From assembly GCA_963674705.1 (NCBI GenBank), contig OY771506.1:3040001-3104000 (forward strand): DNA of 64,000 nucleotides, read 5' to 3'. Source of the stretch: Phycisphaeraceae bacterium. Lineage in GTDB: Bacteria; Planctomycetota; Phycisphaerae; Phycisphaerales; Phycisphaeraceae. The translations under genes and the position numbers were made by a program. The notes beneath the pieces were generated by a model, which saw nothing but the letters and a program-made list of their open reading frames with translations, searched no databases and was not told the DNA's origin. Below, piece after piece: positions 1 through 10,091 of this stretch. Position 1 is the first letter of the stretch, and every line of letters starts with the position of its first letter.

Positions 1-2321
1 AGTTCAAACGCCCATCGGCCTGAAGAATCTTCGATGTTGTCCAGGTATTCAAGTGAATCGAGGGCTTTGCCTGTGTCGCCTTCATCAAGTGCGATCTGGA
101 CCAGTGCGCGGTGCGGCCAGGGATCGACCGGTCTGCTTTCGGCGTAGCGGATGACAGCGATGCGTGCGTTTTCAAGATCATCACCCTGCATCGCGCGTTC
201 TGCGATCAGGCGCAGCAGGTCCGGATGGCCCGGGTGTTCGGCGGTCAGGTCGACCAATTCGGTATCGGTTACGCCGGTCGGGTCTTTGAGGACTTCGGCG
301 AGGCGCTTGCTGGTCGGTTGTTGATCCAGGCCCCACTCGGCGACCTGTTGTGTTGCCCACTTCTTGAAGCCGGTCATGAATTCGTCGGTTGTTACGCCGG
401 TCGCTTGCGTGAGCGCATCGATATTGGGGACGCCGTCGTGGTAGAGGGTCAGCATGTTGATGAGCGTCTGGTGGCCGAAAGTTGCGTCGATGTACTTGAC
501 CATCCAGTCGGATTGTGCGTATGCCAGCGGGCGGTCGGTCGGCGACTTGGGGCGGATAAAGCCCCAGTTGATCTGATCGAGCGGGAAGAGTTTATCGTTC
601 TGCAGAGCGCCGGCGAGCAGTTGGCAGGTATCGTAGCTGCGCGGCACGGTTTCGGAAGATACGGCACAGGCTTCGGTGAACCAGTGGGGTATGCGGTTGC
701 GTGTCTGATCGAGCGTGACGGTGTGAACGAACTCGTGGCGGATGACGTTAGGCCAATCGTATCCGCCGGACTGTTTGCCGCCTTCACGCGGGGGCGTGAG
801 GGCGATGCCGTCACCGGTTGCGGCGGCGATGGTCCAGATGTCAGGCAAGCCTGTGATGCGAACCGCGAAGTATTGCTCGTCCGGCATCAGGTCGATGCGC
901 GTGATGCGTGCCGGTTCATGTGAGAATCTGCCGGTGATGTCGCGGTAGATCGTTTCGAGTTGCTCGGGCATGTCACGGGCGAGGGCTTCGTCGATGCCGG
1001 GCTTGTAGCGGATGACGAAGTGGTCGGTCTCGATGCGGTCGTAGGTAAGCAATTCCTTGAGCATGGCAAGCTGGTTGGCGGCACGCTTGTTGAACGGGTC
1101 CAGCCGTGTGGCGGCGGCGAGTTCTTCGAGGGCTTGCTCATCGTGCGATGCCTGCAGCAGCAGCAGACCCAATTCGATGCGTGGCGACGGCCAGTTCGGG
1201 GATTGCTCGACGGCTTTACGCAGCATCGCCTCGGCCCAGTCGTACTGGCGTGCGGCGGAGAGGTGCACGCCGACGGTATACGCTGCGAGCGGGTTGCCGG
1301 GCGAGACGGCGTCGAAGCGAGCGAGGGCTTTGTCGGTGGCTTGCTGGTCGTAGTTCAGCGCCTTAGCGGAAGCGTTGAGTGCGAGCAGTTCACGATGCTG
1401 CGGGAAGCGTGATAGGCCTGCGTCGATGATGGCCTGGGCGCTGGTGACGTCACGCTGCTGCAGCAGGCTGCGCGCCTCGATCAGGTCGGCGGCGGGGTGC
1501 GTTGGGTTGATCTCATGCAACCGGTCGATGACGGCAGATGCACGATCGAAGGCATAGCCTCGCACGGATAGCCTGCCAAGCCGGTCCCACGCTTCGCTGC
1601 AATTGGGATTCAGGCCGAGCGCTGCGGTGAGTGCATCGACGCCTTCGCGCGAGTTGTCTTTCTCGATCAGCAGGTCGGCCTCGGCGATGAGCGCGGGCCA
1701 GTAGGCGGGGTTCAGGTCCTGGCGTACTTTACCGAGCAGGTTGAGCGTGAGTTGGTAGTCCTGAGCGGGGCGGCCTTCCAATCGGGCGAGGGCTGCCAAA
1801 GCCTGTGCGGCGGCGGTGAGTTCGGCGGGGTCTTCTATGGAATCGCCTCGCAACTTGTCACGCCAGGGGCGGAGCGTTTGCACGGCCTGTGTGACCTGCC
1901 CGAGGTCTTCGTAGGCTTGAGCGCGCAGTAACGATGCCTGTGCCGAATCCTGGTCAGTCAGCAGATCGATCGCAGCGGCGGGTTCACCTCGCTCGATATT
2001 TGCCTTGGCTCGCAACAGCACATCGACTTCAGGATCATTGAAGATCGCGTTATCCCAGTCGGCTTTCTGCAGGGCGAGGCGGGCACGCTGATTGGTGGTA
2101 AGCTCGGTTTCGGCGGGCAGGAGTTCCCACTGGCCGAGGAAGATCTGCAGGTTGGTGCGGGCAGCAGCATCGTTGAGTTCATCATCGATCAGGGCGCGGA
2201 TCAGCGGGGAGGGTTCGATCTCGGGCAGCAGGTTCTGCTGGGCCTCATGCGGATAGGCTGGGGCGGCAGCGAAGAGCAGGGCCAGGAGCGTCAGGCAGGT
2301 CTTTAGCGATCGATTTATCAT
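1..2321 (-). CDS. Secreted TPR-repeat protein with zinc metallopeptidase (Peptidase MA-like) domain; partial, runs off the left edge
   Basis: Not in the ORF track (no stop in window). Minus-strand reading from ATG 2321 gives a signal peptide (MINRSLKTCLTLLALLFAAAPAYP), helical TPR-like repeats, then HEFVH (~722-740) followed by PHWFTEACA, a gluzincin HExxH...E pattern. Confidence 0.8.
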   Translation of the reverse strand, partial: MINRSLKTCLTLLALLFAAAPAYPHEAQQNLLPEIEPSPLIRALIDDELNDAAARTNLQIFLGQWELLPAETELTTNQRARLALQKADWDNAIFNDPEVDVLLRAKANIERGEPAAAIDLLTDQDSAQASLLRAQAYEDLGQVTQAVQTLRPWRDKLRGDSIEDPAELTAAAQALAALARLEGRPAQDYQLTLNLLGKVRQDLNPAYWPALIAEADLLIEKDNSREGVDALTAALGLNPNCSEAWDRLGRLSVRGYAFDRASAVIDRLHEINPTHPAADLIEARSLLQQRDVTSAQAIIDAGLSRFPQHRELLALNASAKALNYDQQATDKALARFDAVSPGNPLAAYTVGVHLSAARQYDWAEAMLRKAVEQSPNWPSPRIELGLLLLQASHDEQALEELAAATRLDPFNKRAANQLAMLKELLTYDRIETDHFVIRYKPGIDEALARDMPEQLETIYRDITGRFSHEPARITRIDLMPDEQYFAVRITGLPDIWTIAAATGDGIALTPPREGGKQSGGYDWPNVIRHEFVHTVTLDQTRNRIPHWFTEACAVSSETVPRSYDTCQLLAGALQNDKLFPLDQINWGFIRPKSPTDRPLAYAQSDWMVKYIDATFGHQTLINMLTLYHDGVPNIDALTQATGVTTDEFMTGFKKWATQQVAEWGLDQQPTSKRLAEVLKDPTGVTDTELVDLTAEHPGHPDLLRLIAERAMQGDDLENARIAVIRYAESRPVDPWPHRALVQIALDEGDTGKALDSLEYLDNIEDSSGRWAFE

Positions 2322-2363
2322 GTGCTTTTCCGCTGGTTTCTAATTCAATGATCGGTTTATGTT

Positions 2364-3512
2364 ATGCAAGACATTCAACTGGACCTGGACGCGACCTTCC
2401 CGAACCTCCATGAGATGGTATTCCTGAATCATGCCGCAGTCTCGCCGATCAGCGGCCCGGCGGCTGAGGCGATCCGGGAATACTGCCGGCAGGCCACGAC
2501 GATGGCGTTCACGGATACCGGCTGGTACAGGCGTGCCATCGAGGTCAAGCGTGCGGCTGCGAAGCTATTGGGGGCCTCAGGCGGCCACGAGATCGCGTTT
2601 ATCCCTAATACGTCAACAGGCTTGTCTTTGGTAGCCAACGGCCTGGACTGGCGGCCTGGCGATAATGTGGTCATTACGAACGTGGAGTACCCCGCCAACC
2701 GCTATCCGTGGGAGAACCTTCAGCGATTAGGCGTTGAGCTGATCGAGGTGAAGCAGGCTCCAGACGGGCGGGTGTATGTGGACGATGTCTGCGATGCGAT
2801 CACGGACCGGACGCGTGTGGTGTCGATCTCGCACGTGCAGTATGCCTCGGGATACCGGATCGACCTGAAGCCGATCAGCGAGATGGTGCACCGGGTGGGG
2901 GGGTATCTGTGTGTTGATGTGATCCAGAGCCTGGGCGTGGTGCCGGTGGACGTGCAGGCGATGGGAATCGATTTTTGCGCAGCGGACAGTCACAAGTGGC
3001 TGCTGGGGCCTGAGGGTGCGGGGGTGTTTTACTGTAAAGAGGAGTTGTGCCCGTTATTGCGGCCTTCAATCGTTGGCTGGATGAACATGGTGGATGCTGA
3101 GAACTACAGCGATTATCGGTTCGAGTTTCAGCCCGATGCGAGGCGGTTTGAGCCGGGCAGTTGGAACATCGCGGGGATATGCGGGATGGGGGCGAGTATT
3201 GATTTGCTGCTGGAGGTAGGTGCGGACACGGTGTGGCAGCGGGTGCAGGCGTTAACGACGCATGCGTGTGAAGGATTGGCTAAGAAGGGTTATGAGCTAT
3301 TCACACCAAGGGATTATGAGCACGAGTGCAGCGGGATTGTGATCTTTAATGCACCGAAGCGTGCAGGCGGCCGGGATGCGCATGCGAAGATTGTGAACGA
3401 TCTGGATAAGCAGGGGATCAAGATCGCGCTGCGCGACGGCCGGATGCGTGTGAGCCCACATTTTTATAATTCGGTGGATCAGGTGGAGAGGTTTTTGGAG
3501 GCGCTGCCGTAA
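2364..3512 (+). CDS. Class V PLP-dependent aminotransferase / cysteine desulfurase-like protein
   Basis: FLNHAAVSP, VDVIQSLG, DSHKWLLGPEGAG (PLP lysine), RVSPHFYN. Confidence 0.9.
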   Translation: MQDIQLDLDATFPNLHEMVFLNHAAVSPISGPAAEAIREYCRQATTMAFTDTGWYRRAIEVKRAAAKLLGASGGHEIAFIPNTSTGLSLVANGLDWRPGDNVVITNVEYPANRYPWENLQRLGVELIEVKQAPDGRVYVDDVCDAITDRTRVVSISHVQYASGYRIDLKPISEMVHRVGGYLCVDVIQSLGVVPVDVQAMGIDFCAADSHKWLLGPEGAGVFYCKEELCPLLRPSIVGWMNMVDAENYSDYRFEFQPDARRFEPGSWNIAGICGMGASIDLLLEVGADTVWQRVQALTTHACEGLAKKGYELFTPRDYEHECSGIVIFNAPKRAGGRDAHAKIVNDLDKQGIKIALRDGRMRVSPHFYNSVDQVERFLEALP

Positions 3513-3538
3513 GTGGGGGGATGTGTGAGATACAAACA

Positions 3539-3567
3539 GAAGCCCACGTTCGTCGAACGTGGGCTTC
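3539..3567. terminator. Perfect hairpin between convergent genes (bidirectional terminator or REP-like)
   Basis: gaagcccacgttcg-t-cgaacgtgggcttc, 14-bp perfect stem. Confidence 0.6.
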
Positions 3568-3587
3568 GGGGGGGCGATGAGTGTTCT

Positions 3588-4382
3588 TTATTCTTCCGGC
3601 GCGAGTCTGTTTTCGTCGAGTTGCCAGCCGGGTTCCTGGGGCAGGTTTGTATCGAACTTTTCTTCGAGCAGTTCTTCGTTGATTGCGATTTTTGTCAGCT
3701 TCACGATCGTCTGCGTCTGCGACTCGTCGATGCTCGAGACAAGCACGGGCAAAACCGTTTCCTTGTCGAACCAGAGGTCGATCTGCGTCAGGTCGGTCTC
3801 GTAATCTTCGTGGGGCGTGAGTTTCAGGTGGATGCTGTCTTGCGGATCGTCCTCGGCCGGGTCTAGCAGTTCAACGTCGAACTTCGCGAGCACCTTGTCT
3901 TTTTTCAGGTTCAGCGGGATCGGGAAAGGCCCTTCGCCAAGCTCCATCTGGGCCTGTGCTTCTTCATCCTCCGGCACGAGCTGGTAGCGCACAGCCGACT
4001 TGTTTTCTTCATCGCGCTTCAACAGCCAGTGCCCATCGTAGATGTAGTACAGGTTCGGACGGGACTGGAAGCCATCCACCATTTTCATATTGAAGTGGAT
4101 GATGAACTTGGGTGGCGGGCCTGCCTGGTAATGCAGCGTGCCGAAGCGGCGCTGTTCGTCGCCGAGCAATAGCTGATTGTTGTCGTAGCGCAGCGTGGCG
4201 GTGAGTGTTTCGATGTCGGCTGCCTTGTGCTCGACTTTTTCGAGCCAGTCGTGCGCGGGGTTGGTTGCCGCTTCAGCTTCGGCCTCTGCCGGCGCAGGCT
4301 GATCGGCCGGCGGTGCTTGCTCTTCGGCAGTACAAGCGGTCGTCAGGCAGGTCAGTAACAGTAAGGCCAATAGATATCGCAT
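3588..4382 (-). CDS. LolA-like outer-membrane lipoprotein carrier-family protein
   Basis: Signal/lipoprotein-like N-terminus (LTTAC). Beta-rich LolA-type pattern TLTATLRYD...GTLHY...YIYDGHWL...IDLWFDKETVLPV...NEEL...F. Confidence 0.6.
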   Translation of the reverse strand: MRYLLALLLLTCLTTACTAEEQAPPADQPAPAEAEAEAATNPAHDWLEKVEHKAADIETLTATLRYDNNQLLLGDEQRRFGTLHYQAGPPPKFIIHFNMKMVDGFQSRPNLYYIYDGHWLLKRDEENKSAVRYQLVPEDEEAQAQMELGEGPFPIPLNLKKDKVLAKFDVELLDPAEDDPQDSIHLKLTPHEDYETDLTQIDLWFDKETVLPVLVSSIDESQTQTIVKLTKIAINEELLEEKFDTNLPQEPGWQLDENRLAPEE

Positions 4383-4450
4383 CAGCGTATTCTACTGCTG
4401 AACAGGCAACGGGGTTCTGAAAGGTTAGTCGCACAAAATGCTGAAAAGTT

Positions 4451-5218
4451 TCAGCAGGCCCGTGGCTCGGGGAATCGGTGGAAAATCGTGTGTGTCGGGT
4501 CTAGCGACTTGATGCGCTCGATCACCGCGTCACGCGCATCGCCAAGATGCCCGACGAACCAGCCGGCGAGGCACGGGTGGGCCGCGAGCCGGTCGACCTC
4601 ATCAGCGACTTCGATGCTCGGTTTACCCATCGCACTGATCGGCACGGACTGGATAAGCAGCACGCCCGCTCGGTCCGCCGCTTCGTAGAGCAGTTCCGGC
4701 CCGTAGTGGTCGCGGATCAGCAGCAGCGAATCGCCGGTCGCGGGCAAGAGGGTCTTTTCATTGACCTTGTCGACCATGACGATGGACTGGACCTGGAAGT
4801 GCTGGCCATTGACGAGGAAGACGGGATGGTTTTCGTCGTGTGACTCGCTGTCGCGCCGCACGCTGGTCAAACCGAGCGTGATGGTGCGTTGATCGAGGAT
4901 GCTGTCGCCGTCGATGAGCCGCAGCGTCAGCTCGTAGAGCGGCTGTTCGCCCATGCCGGCAGGCCACCAGCGTTGGGGGTGTATGACTTCGAAGCGGAGC
5001 GACCCTTCGCCGTTGTGCACGGGTATCCTGGCTTCGCCTTCATCAAGGAAGCCGTCGAAGCCTTGGATGGTGATGTGCACATCGGTTTCGCCGGTGAACC
5101 CGGCCGAGGCCCTCGGGATCGGACCGACCGCATGGAAGTGGGTTTCGATGACCGCCTGTTCTTCGTCGACGTAGCGGATCAGCGGCCGTACAGACTCGAG
5201 GCGCAAGTCACTGGACAT
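4451..5218 (-). CDS. Short glycoside hydrolase family 2 (beta-mannosidase)-like protein, probably non-catalytic
   Basis: PQRWWPAGMGEQPLYEL...LGLTSV...FLVNG...LYEAADRAGVLLIQ...RLAAHPCL resembles the GH2 mannosidase linker and barrel start, but the protein is only ~255 aa. Confidence 0.6.
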   Translation of the reverse strand: MSSDLRLESVRPLIRYVDEEQAVIETHFHAVGPIPRASAGFTGETDVHITIQGFDGFLDEGEARIPVHNGEGSLRFEVIHPQRWWPAGMGEQPLYELTLRLIDGDSILDQRTITLGLTSVRRDSESHDENHPVFLVNGQHFQVQSIVMVDKVNEKTLLPATGDSLLLIRDHYGPELLYEAADRAGVLLIQSVPISAMGKPSIEVADEVDRLAAHPCLAGWFVGHLGDARDAVIERIKSLDPTHTIFHRFPEPRAC

Positions 5219-5416
5219 GGCACTACTCCAATCCGGGCGGAACAAGCCGAGCCGCCCTATTAACTGTATTATCGCACAAGCCAATAGAAAAGCGCCATGA
5301 AAAAACAGATTATGAACGCAATGAGAGGCTGGGTGGGTTAGGCGGATTACGCGGATTAGATTAGCCCATCGCGGCGGTCAGGTTTAATATCTATCGTCTT
5401 TTGAAGTAATTAACAC

Positions 5417-6535
5417 ATGATTCAAACCGTGGAGCGGAACAGCATGGTAAGCGTCCTGGGATTGAGTGTGCATGGGATCGGATTGATTTTGATGGTGTTA
5501 TTCGTGGCCGGCTTGATGGCCGCGGAGGTCAGCGGGGCATCGAACGCCGAGCCGAACGAGCGTGCGGACGAGATACGCCGGGGTATGCCGGTCCGCCCGG
5601 ACGGCAAGAGCCGAACGCAGGTGTTTTTAGAAGACATCGCGATAACGGTGCAGCCTGACCTTAAGGGATTGCCGGACAAACTGGATTTGTATGTCAAACA
5701 CTTCCGTACGGCGGCGCTGAACGATCAGCGGTTGATCCCGTTTGATGCTCATGCACAGTGGGACGCAGCGCGGGGTGTGGTGGTGTTGAACGGGCATGTT
5801 GAATTTCAAGAGCATCGCGACACGCTGGAAAAGTATCTGAACGTGTTAGGCTTTGAATCGATCGAGAACACGATTGCGTTGATGCCGACCAAAGCACTGG
5901 GCAATAAGCCGTTTGCGGTGGTGTCTGCAGATAGCGCCTTTTTGTTTGCTTCGCCGACTGAGAAAAGCGAGAAAGTGACCCAATCGCACAAGGGCGATGC
6001 GGTGTTCCTGCTCAAAGAAGCTTTTGACGGTTTCTATTATTGCCACGGTTGGGACGGCTACGTCGGGTACATCGAAGGCTCGAAGATAGAGCGCGTCGAT
6101 GCGGCCGGTTTGGCCAAGGCGATCCCCGCCCCGACACATCGCAAAACCGACCCGGCGATTGAAGCCGGTTCCAAGCTCAAGGGGACGCCTTATAAGTGGG
6201 GCGGTACGACCTCGGAAGGGATCGACTGCTCCGGGCTGACGCGCTACAGCTACCGGCATATCGGCGTTGTCCTGCCAAGGGATGCCGACCAGCAGGCGCT
6301 GACGGGCAAACTCACCGCGACACGCTACCACCGTGACAACATGGCACGCGGCGACCTGATGTTCTTCATCAACTCACGCGGCCGCATCAACCACACCGCC
6401 ATCTATCTCGGCGAGCATCTGTTCCTCGAATCCGGCGGCCCCGGTGTACGCATCGCCAGCCTCGATCCCAACTCACCCGACTACAACAAACAGCGCGACG
6501 AATCGTTTGTGTACGCCAAGCGTGTGCTTGAGTGA
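5417..6535 (+). CDS. NlpC/P60 (C40) peptidoglycan endopeptidase with upstream SH3-like domain
   Basis: GTPYKWGG...GIDCSGL...LPRDADQQ...GDLMFF...HTAIYLG. Confidence 0.88.
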   Translation: MIQTVERNSMVSVLGLSVHGIGLILMVLFVAGLMAAEVSGASNAEPNERADEIRRGMPVRPDGKSRTQVFLEDIAITVQPDLKGLPDKLDLYVKHFRTAALNDQRLIPFDAHAQWDAARGVVVLNGHVEFQEHRDTLEKYLNVLGFESIENTIALMPTKALGNKPFAVVSADSAFLFASPTEKSEKVTQSHKGDAVFLLKEAFDGFYYCHGWDGYVGYIEGSKIERVDAAGLAKAIPAPTHRKTDPAIEAGSKLKGTPYKWGGTTSEGIDCSGLTRYSYRHIGVVLPRDADQQALTGKLTATRYHRDNMARGDLMFFINSRGRINHTAIYLGEHLFLESGGPGVRIASLDPNSPDYNKQRDESFVYAKRVLE

Positions 6536-6674
6536 GTGTGTTGATGCTTGAGCTCCGGCGTTGCTTTTCTGTGAAGATCACCAACATTTTCAGTCGGTAT
6601 CCATTTATCTCTTTAATTACAGGAATTCTTCTGTAGAATGATGTTGTAGCAATTGACCCGGCAGGCGCCGGGCC

Positions 6675-8405
6675 TTGTGCTACGCAACTATCATGAAGAA
6701 TACTCACCACAGGGTCGCTATCATTGCGCTTGCGTTGACCGTAAGTACAGTGGTCAACAAGGCAGAAGCCTACATGGCAATGCGTGTCGCTATAACCAGC
6801 AATCTGCTTGTTTATCACGACCGTGTTTACTTTACGCAAACAGATCACGGGATGACCGTGCTTGATCTGGCGACGGGCAAAATTATCATGCGCAAGCACG
6901 ACAAGCAATACCACGGGCACATGTGGCTACACCCGCGGGGTATTGTCATCAACGGCTGGCAGGGGACATCACTGCTTGATGCCGACACACTCGAAAGCAT
7001 CTGGACTGTTCAAGGCGGATACCCCGAGTATGTGAGTGAAACCTGTTTCCTATCATGTGATGATGACAATCAGATCAAGCGGTTGGACCTGGATACGGGC
7101 GATGTTTTGTGGACACTGAGACTGACGGCTGATCCACACCTGATTGTGGCCGGAGAACGCGCCCTTATTGTCTGCCGGTCTTATTCAAATCACTACACAA
7201 AACTTTTACTTGTAGATCTGAAAAGCGGCAAGGTGTTATACGAACGATTGCCGAAAGAAGATGAAAGCTTTGAGGAGGTCTACTTCGACGGTGAAAGGAC
7301 GTATGTTCTGGCATGTACGGATAGTGTCCGGGATGATGAACAAGCAAACTCGAATCAGCACAGGTCAGGGATGAACCGGGCGGTGCCTGATGCTCTTTTG
7401 ATCATTGATACGACGGGTTCCGTCATCGAAACCGTGACAGAAGTACCCATTGATGTAGGGAACAATGGCTATTACAGCAGAGTGTTTTCCTATGCGGGAA
7501 TGGTTTTTCAGGAGGATGGTCATGTCGTGCCGTTTGAGCAATATGTAGACACGACAGGGCCCGGGACTGTATTCAGCTTGCCCGATGGTATGTTGACTAT
7601 CGAACAAGTGGCGGATTCAAAGTCATCCAGCCTGGCGGTAGCTGTCTGGCAGTCTGATACGGCACAATGGCGCGCTTATCTACCGCACATGGATGGGCGT
7701 TGGTCGGTAACAGATGCCGTAAGCGATCGCGGTTTTGTGGTTTTGGGAACCGACCGGGGGGTGGTGGAATGTATCGATTCGACGAGTGGGCGTAGCCAAT
7801 GGCTGTATACATTCCCGACCCATCTCGGGACGGTGTCGTACACCTCGCCAAACGGTATGCCCCCTCATGCGACCAGCCTGCAAGCCGGGTATGAGCGCGA
7901 TAACCGGTTAGCTTTGAAGACAAGGCCGGCGGTCCTGCTGCCGGCTGAATGGGATATGAATCAGCTAAGGCCAGACAAGCTGCGATCATTGCCCGGCAAC
8001 ACGAGCAGCCTGATTGTGCTTGACCCGGACCCGTTTGATCCGTTCGACTGGCTGCCGCCGTACGTCCGAGCGGTTTGGGGGGCGGTTACGTTGACGGTTT
8101 TATTATCTTTGGGTTTATGCCTATTGCTTTATCGCGGCCGCAGGCGTTTCATGACGTTTGCATTGAGTTCGATCGTGCTGGCCTGGTTGCCGATCGCGGC
8201 GTTGTATTATTTAGGGCGTGTCAGTTGGCCTGCGACGTTATGTTTGAAGTTATTTGTATTGATCTTGCTCGTGCTGTCAGTGGTCCATATCGTCCGCGCG
8301 CTCATCGAAAGACGTGGTGTTGGCCGTGTGTTCATGGGGGGCTTGACGTTCGTGATTGTGATGGTTGCCGGGAACTACGCACTGCCTGTTCTGCGATATG
8401 CATGA
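6675..8405 (+). CDS. PQQ-like beta-propeller repeat protein with C-terminal transmembrane helices
   Basis: Repeated LDLxTGxxxW motifs, N-terminal signal peptide, ~4 hydrophobic helices at the C-terminus. Confidence 0.65.
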   Translation: MCYATIMKNTHHRVAIIALALTVSTVVNKAEAYMAMRVAITSNLLVYHDRVYFTQTDHGMTVLDLATGKIIMRKHDKQYHGHMWLHPRGIVINGWQGTSLLDADTLESIWTVQGGYPEYVSETCFLSCDDDNQIKRLDLDTGDVLWTLRLTADPHLIVAGERALIVCRSYSNHYTKLLLVDLKSGKVLYERLPKEDESFEEVYFDGERTYVLACTDSVRDDEQANSNQHRSGMNRAVPDALLIIDTTGSVIETVTEVPIDVGNNGYYSRVFSYAGMVFQEDGHVVPFEQYVDTTGPGTVFSLPDGMLTIEQVADSKSSSLAVAVWQSDTAQWRAYLPHMDGRWSVTDAVSDRGFVVLGTDRGVVECIDSTSGRSQWLYTFPTHLGTVSYTSPNGMPPHATSLQAGYERDNRLALKTRPAVLLPAEWDMNQLRPDKLRSLPGNTSSLIVLDPDPFDPFDWLPPYVRAVWGAVTLTVLLSLGLCLLLYRGRRRFMTFALSSIVLAWLPIAALYYLGRVSWPATLCLKLFVLILLVLSVVHIVRALIERRGVGRVFMGGLTFVIVMVAGNYALPVLRYA

Positions 8406-8741
8406 CATAAAACGGCAACATTGTTGGTGTCCATTTATGTGTCATGATGAGTGAGCGCGGAAATTTATTGATACGCGAACTTCATGCAGATAGAACGTGC
8501 GGGCATGGCACCTTGTCGCATAAAACAATGTTACTACATCACTTGCCGGATACATGTCTTCTCATGGTGAGCAAATTGTCCCGCGGTCCGATAGCCTGTC
8601 TTTTTTCTAAATCCTTGATTTTCCTTAATCAACACATCTCTGTGACCGATAGTCGAATCGCCTGTATTGATTAGGCAAAAGACTCCGGAGCACGCCGCGT
8701 CGGCGAACGCTCAATAGTTCATAGTTGAGAGGCTTCCTCAG

Positions 8742-9302
8742 ATGGCAAGCACCACAAGCAAGAGCAAGCGTAGTTCGGCCAAGTCAGCCCCGAAGCGCAC
8801 CGCTCGCAAGACCACGGCCAAGGCCAAGACCCGCAAGGCAACCCCGAGCAAGGCTAAGACCCGTAAGCCCGCGACCAAGGCCAAAGCCAAGACCGTCAGC
8901 AAGGCGAAGGCTAAGCCCAAGACCTCGGCCAAGAGCAAGGCTCGCAAGACGACCGCCAAGGCCAAGACACGCAAGACCACCACTTCCAAGGCCAAGACCC
9001 GTAAGCCGGCGACCAAGACCAAGGCCAAGAGCACATCCAAGGCCAAGTCAGCCACCAAGGCCAAGAGCCGCAAGACCACCGCGAGCAAGGCCAAGACCCG
9101 CAAGTCAACAACCGCCAAGGCCAAGACGCGTAAGCCGGCCACCAAGGCCAAGAGCCGTAAGTCGACCGCCGCAAAGGCCAAGACCCGCAAGAGCAGCTCG
9201 GCCAAGAGCCGCGTGCGTCGCACAACCCGTGCCAAGAGCACCGGCGCCAAGACCTACAAGTTCAAGCGTCCCAGCGGCGGCGCCCGCCGTAAGGCCGCGT
9301 AA
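8742..9302 (+). CDS. Histone H1-like Lys/Ala/Thr-rich basic protein
   Basis: 186 aa with repeated KAKTRK(P/T)AT units and no acidic residues; upstream gagagg RBS and downstream intrinsic terminator. Confidence 0.8.
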   Translation: MASTTSKSKRSSAKSAPKRTARKTTAKAKTRKATPSKAKTRKPATKAKAKTVSKAKAKPKTSAKSKARKTTAKAKTRKTTTSKAKTRKPATKTKAKSTSKAKSATKAKSRKTTASKAKTRKSTTAKAKTRKPATKAKSRKSTAAKAKTRKSSSAKSRVRRTTRAKSTGAKTYKFKRPSGGARRKAA

Positions 9303-9329
9303 ACCGAACGCCACGGAAGGGAAACCAAG

Positions 9330-9362
9330 CAGCGCTGGCCGAAAGGCCGGCGCTGTTTTTTT
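9330..9362 (+). terminator. Rho-independent terminator
   Basis: cagcgctggcc-gaaa-ggccggcgctg followed by T7. Confidence 0.85.
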
Positions 9363-9509
9363 ATGGACATAATGCCCGAATCAATCGTTCTTTTGTACGA
9401 TAGGCAAATCCGCGGGGTAAATGAGTGGGTATCTGAATGCAAATTTGTCCATAACTTTTTTAATGATGCATTTTCATACTGACCTGAGTCGGATACAGGA
9501 GTTTGTTGA

Positions 9510-10049
9510 ATGAACCCAAAACCATGGCGAGACCATACTGATCTACATGGGCGATTTGCTTCTGAATATCCCGATGACACACAGATCCTGATTCATAACG
9601 GTAGTCCACGTTTTAGTAACCAGGTTCCGGAGTTGGTATGGGTTCGTGTCGAGTCACTGTCACAGCACGAAACTGGGATCGATGTGTTTTGCGGCTCATT
9701 ACTGAACACGCCGAATCACCTGAGTGTAATTCACAAAGGCGATACGATTGAGTTTATCTCAGGACGAGGTTGCCCCTATCCAATTATGGTCACAAAGACT
9801 TACCTGGCCGAACGCGCCGTATGGAATATTATTCCCTGTGATAAGTGTGGTTGTGCAGAGTTATTCGATGCGCCTTCTGAACTGTTACCAAAGGTGTTTC
9901 CCAACCTGCCAGACGGTGCGATATTAGAAGCCTTCACATCATTCTGCCCTTTATGTGGTGGGGCACAGGTCGTTTCCCACCCCGACACTTTTAACGGCGA
10001 ATCCACTGCTACTACCACAACCAAGCGATGGTGGCAGTTCTGGAAGTAG
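9510..10049 (+). CDS. Hypothetical protein with two CxxC motifs and a KRWWQFWK C-terminal tail
   Basis: RBS caggag; CDKC...CPLC; lower GC than flanks. Confidence 0.7.
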   Translation: MNPKPWRDHTDLHGRFASEYPDDTQILIHNGSPRFSNQVPELVWVRVESLSQHETGIDVFCGSLLNTPNHLSVIHKGDTIEFISGRGCPYPIMVTKTYLAERAVWNIIPCDKCGCAELFDAPSELLPKVFPNLPDGAILEAFTSFCPLCGGAQVVSHPDTFNGESTATTTTKRWWQFWK

Positions 10050-10091
10050 CAGGTGGTTGGTTCTACCAGTCAAAAGGCTCTGACCTTCAGT

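Noticed and set aside
111..1557. Several plus-strand ORFs (270, 150 aa and others)
   Set aside because: Antisense shadows of the long minus-strand TPR-peptidase gene, which the ORF track missed because it runs off the window
8800..9260. Tandem gccaagacccgcaag repeats as a possible CRISPR array
   Set aside because: In-frame coding repeats without unique spacers; no cas genes in the window
8725..9372. Arg/Pro-rich and Leu/Ala/Val-rich alternative ORFs
   Set aside because: Frame and antisense shadows of the repetitive H1-like gene; only 8742-9302 has an RBS and fits the terminator
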